The notes beneath the pieces are model-generated. The model ran no database searches. It saw nothing but the letters and a program-made list of their open reading frames with translations, and had not been told where the DNA came from. Source: a virus (Duplodnaviria > Heunggongvirae > Uroviricota > Caudoviricetes). From it: 33,763 nucleotides of DNA. The stretch lies in the IMG/VR virus record IMGVR_UViG_3300042946_001496; one strand, written 5' to 3'. Shown piece after piece: positions 32,579-33,763 of this stretch. Each line of letters begins with the position of its first letter. The first letter of the stretch is position 1. Made by a program: the position numbers and the translations under genes.

Positions 32579-32989
32579 ATGAATAATCCTTTTTGGTACA
32601 AATTTGTTAATGGCAAAGTTTTTCCGTGCAAAGACATAAATGATCTTAAAGAGGCTTTTTCAGCAGATAGAAAAATAGACAGGACAGAAATCAGTGAAGA
32701 TTGCACCGTGTCTACTGTTTTTTTAGGACTAGATCACGGAATTACCCTTCTAGACGCTGATCTAAGAGCTCCTGTTTTGTTTGAGACTATGATTTTTGGC
32801 GGGGACCATGATGGTCAAACATATCGCTATTCAACATTTGGTGAAGCTAAACGAGGTCATTGGTTTATTGTAAAAATTTTAAGAGAAGGCAAAAAGCCAG
32901 AAGGTGGTTTTAATCTGAAAAAAATGCTGGATGATCTTGAAAAAGATATTAGCGTAGAGGATAATGCAGACTGGTGGAAAGCAGAATAA
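32579..32989 (+). CDS. Hypothetical protein ending NADWWK
   Basis: VSTVFLGLDHG...PVLFETMIFGG core; ATG 32579 preferred. Confidence 0.75.
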   Translation: MNNPFWYKFVNGKVFPCKDINDLKEAFSADRKIDRTEISEDCTVSTVFLGLDHGITLLDADLRAPVLFETMIFGGDHDGQTYRYSTFGEAKRGHWFIVKILREGKKPEGGFNLKKMLDDLEKDISVEDNADWWKAE

Positions 32990-32990
32990 A

Positions 32991-33305
32991 ATGAAACAAG
33001 CACAAACGAATAAATTAGATAGTTTCATAGACCAAAAATTAGAATTAATTGAGTTTTTAAAAAAATACAATATAGAGCATAGCGAAAGTAAAGTATATCG
33101 ACCCGGTATTGCGGATGTAGATGTCGTAGTCTGTTGGAAGAAAAAACGATTGAACGGTTCAAAATTTCCACCACCTTGTATTTTTGAGTTTAAAAACTCA
33201 AAAATCTTAAGATTTACTGGTTGTGAAGCTGATCCCCCAATATTTATTTTATATAAAGAAATTACAGATTGGGCGTATTCAAAATATGCAGCTAGACAGC
33301 AATGA
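32991..33305 (+). CDS. LxSF-leader protein (singleton)
   Basis: MKQAQTNKLDSF. Confidence 0.7.
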   Translation: MKQAQTNKLDSFIDQKLELIEFLKKYNIEHSESKVYRPGIADVDVVVCWKKKRLNGSKFPPPCIFEFKNSKILRFTGCEADPPIFILYKEITDWAYSKYAARQQ

Positions 33306-33462
33306 TTGTAAAAAATATTTTGAATTAAAAAAAATTCATAAATATCGTTTAACAAAAGAAATTGAATCAAAATATATTCATCTCTGTGGTAATTGCATGG
33401 TTCAAAGACATCCTTATAATGAACAACAGATCTTTGCATACCCCAAAATGTGGTTTTCTTGA
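33286..33462 (+). pseudogene. Family A-like gene lacking the first Cys and linker
   Basis: MQLDS-NDCKKYF...HLCGNC; F-D-x-x-K-x-K-C is missing in frame. Confidence 0.5.
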
Positions 33463-33473
33463 AGAGAAGAACT

Positions 33474-33763
33474 ATGAGCAAACTTGATGCTTTTGATGAC
33501 AATAAAGCAAGGTGTAAAGATTGCAAAAATTATTATGAGATACGGGATTGGGGTGCTCCATTAAAGGATAGAGGATTAGGAGGAAGTATAAAAAATTATA
33601 CTTTTAGATGTAGAAATTGTGTCGAGCGTACAAGCAATAAACGTGATTGTATCTTAGAGAAATTCCGAGCAGACAAAATAACAATGACTGGATTTTTTTA
33701 TGAAAACTCCCATGAAAATCGTCGGAATACACTTGAAAGTTTTGATGAAAACAAAAAGAAGTG
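33474..33763 (+). CDS. Family A zinc finger, partial, running off the window with a second in-frame leader
   Basis: MSKLDAFDDNKARCKDCKNYYE...RCRNC...NTLESFDENKKK(tg); no stop before the window end. Confidence 0.75.
   Translation, partial: MSKLDAFDDNKARCKDCKNYYEIRDWGAPLKDRGLGGSIKNYTFRCRNCVERTSNKRDCILEKFRADKITMTGFFYENSHENRRNTLESFDENKKK

Noticed and set aside
2816-33526. Most minus-strand and alternative-frame ORFs in the track (e.g. 2816, 4632, 6511, 7361, 14669, 29677, 30226, 32879)
   Set aside because: They shadow better-supported + strand genes and have no recognisable motifs.
1-33763. Stop-codon reassignment
   Set aside because: TAA, TGA and TAG all end genes at tight couplings, and coding density is high under code 11; only one in-frame TGA continuation was seen.

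Overview
AT-rich, gene-dense window with nearly all genes on the + strand and many overlapping stop/start codons. It is most consistent with the accessory region of a large (jumbo or T4-like) phage; this is an inference, since no capsid, terminase or polymerase gene lies in the window. Recognisable parts are: the 3' portion of a tmRNA; a prepilin-type protein; KptA/Tpt1; TilS followed by two tRNA genes (anticodons CAU and UCU), each split by a ~200-nt group I intron; a convergent free-standing HNH endonuclease; a NADAR protein; an HD (RelA/SpoT-hydrolase-like) protein; and a PcfJ-domain protein. The main unexplained signal is that about 40 of roughly 110 small ORFs, from several unrelated families, begin with the same peptide, M-x(0-10)-L-x-[S/T/A]-F. 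These include a perfectly coupled tandem array of 12 mosaic zinc-finger genes (12278-14668) and several decayed copies. A 17-bp motif (TTTCYTTYTGGTAYGCT) recurs six times upstream of genes. All family assignments come from motif recognition by eye; no database search was run.
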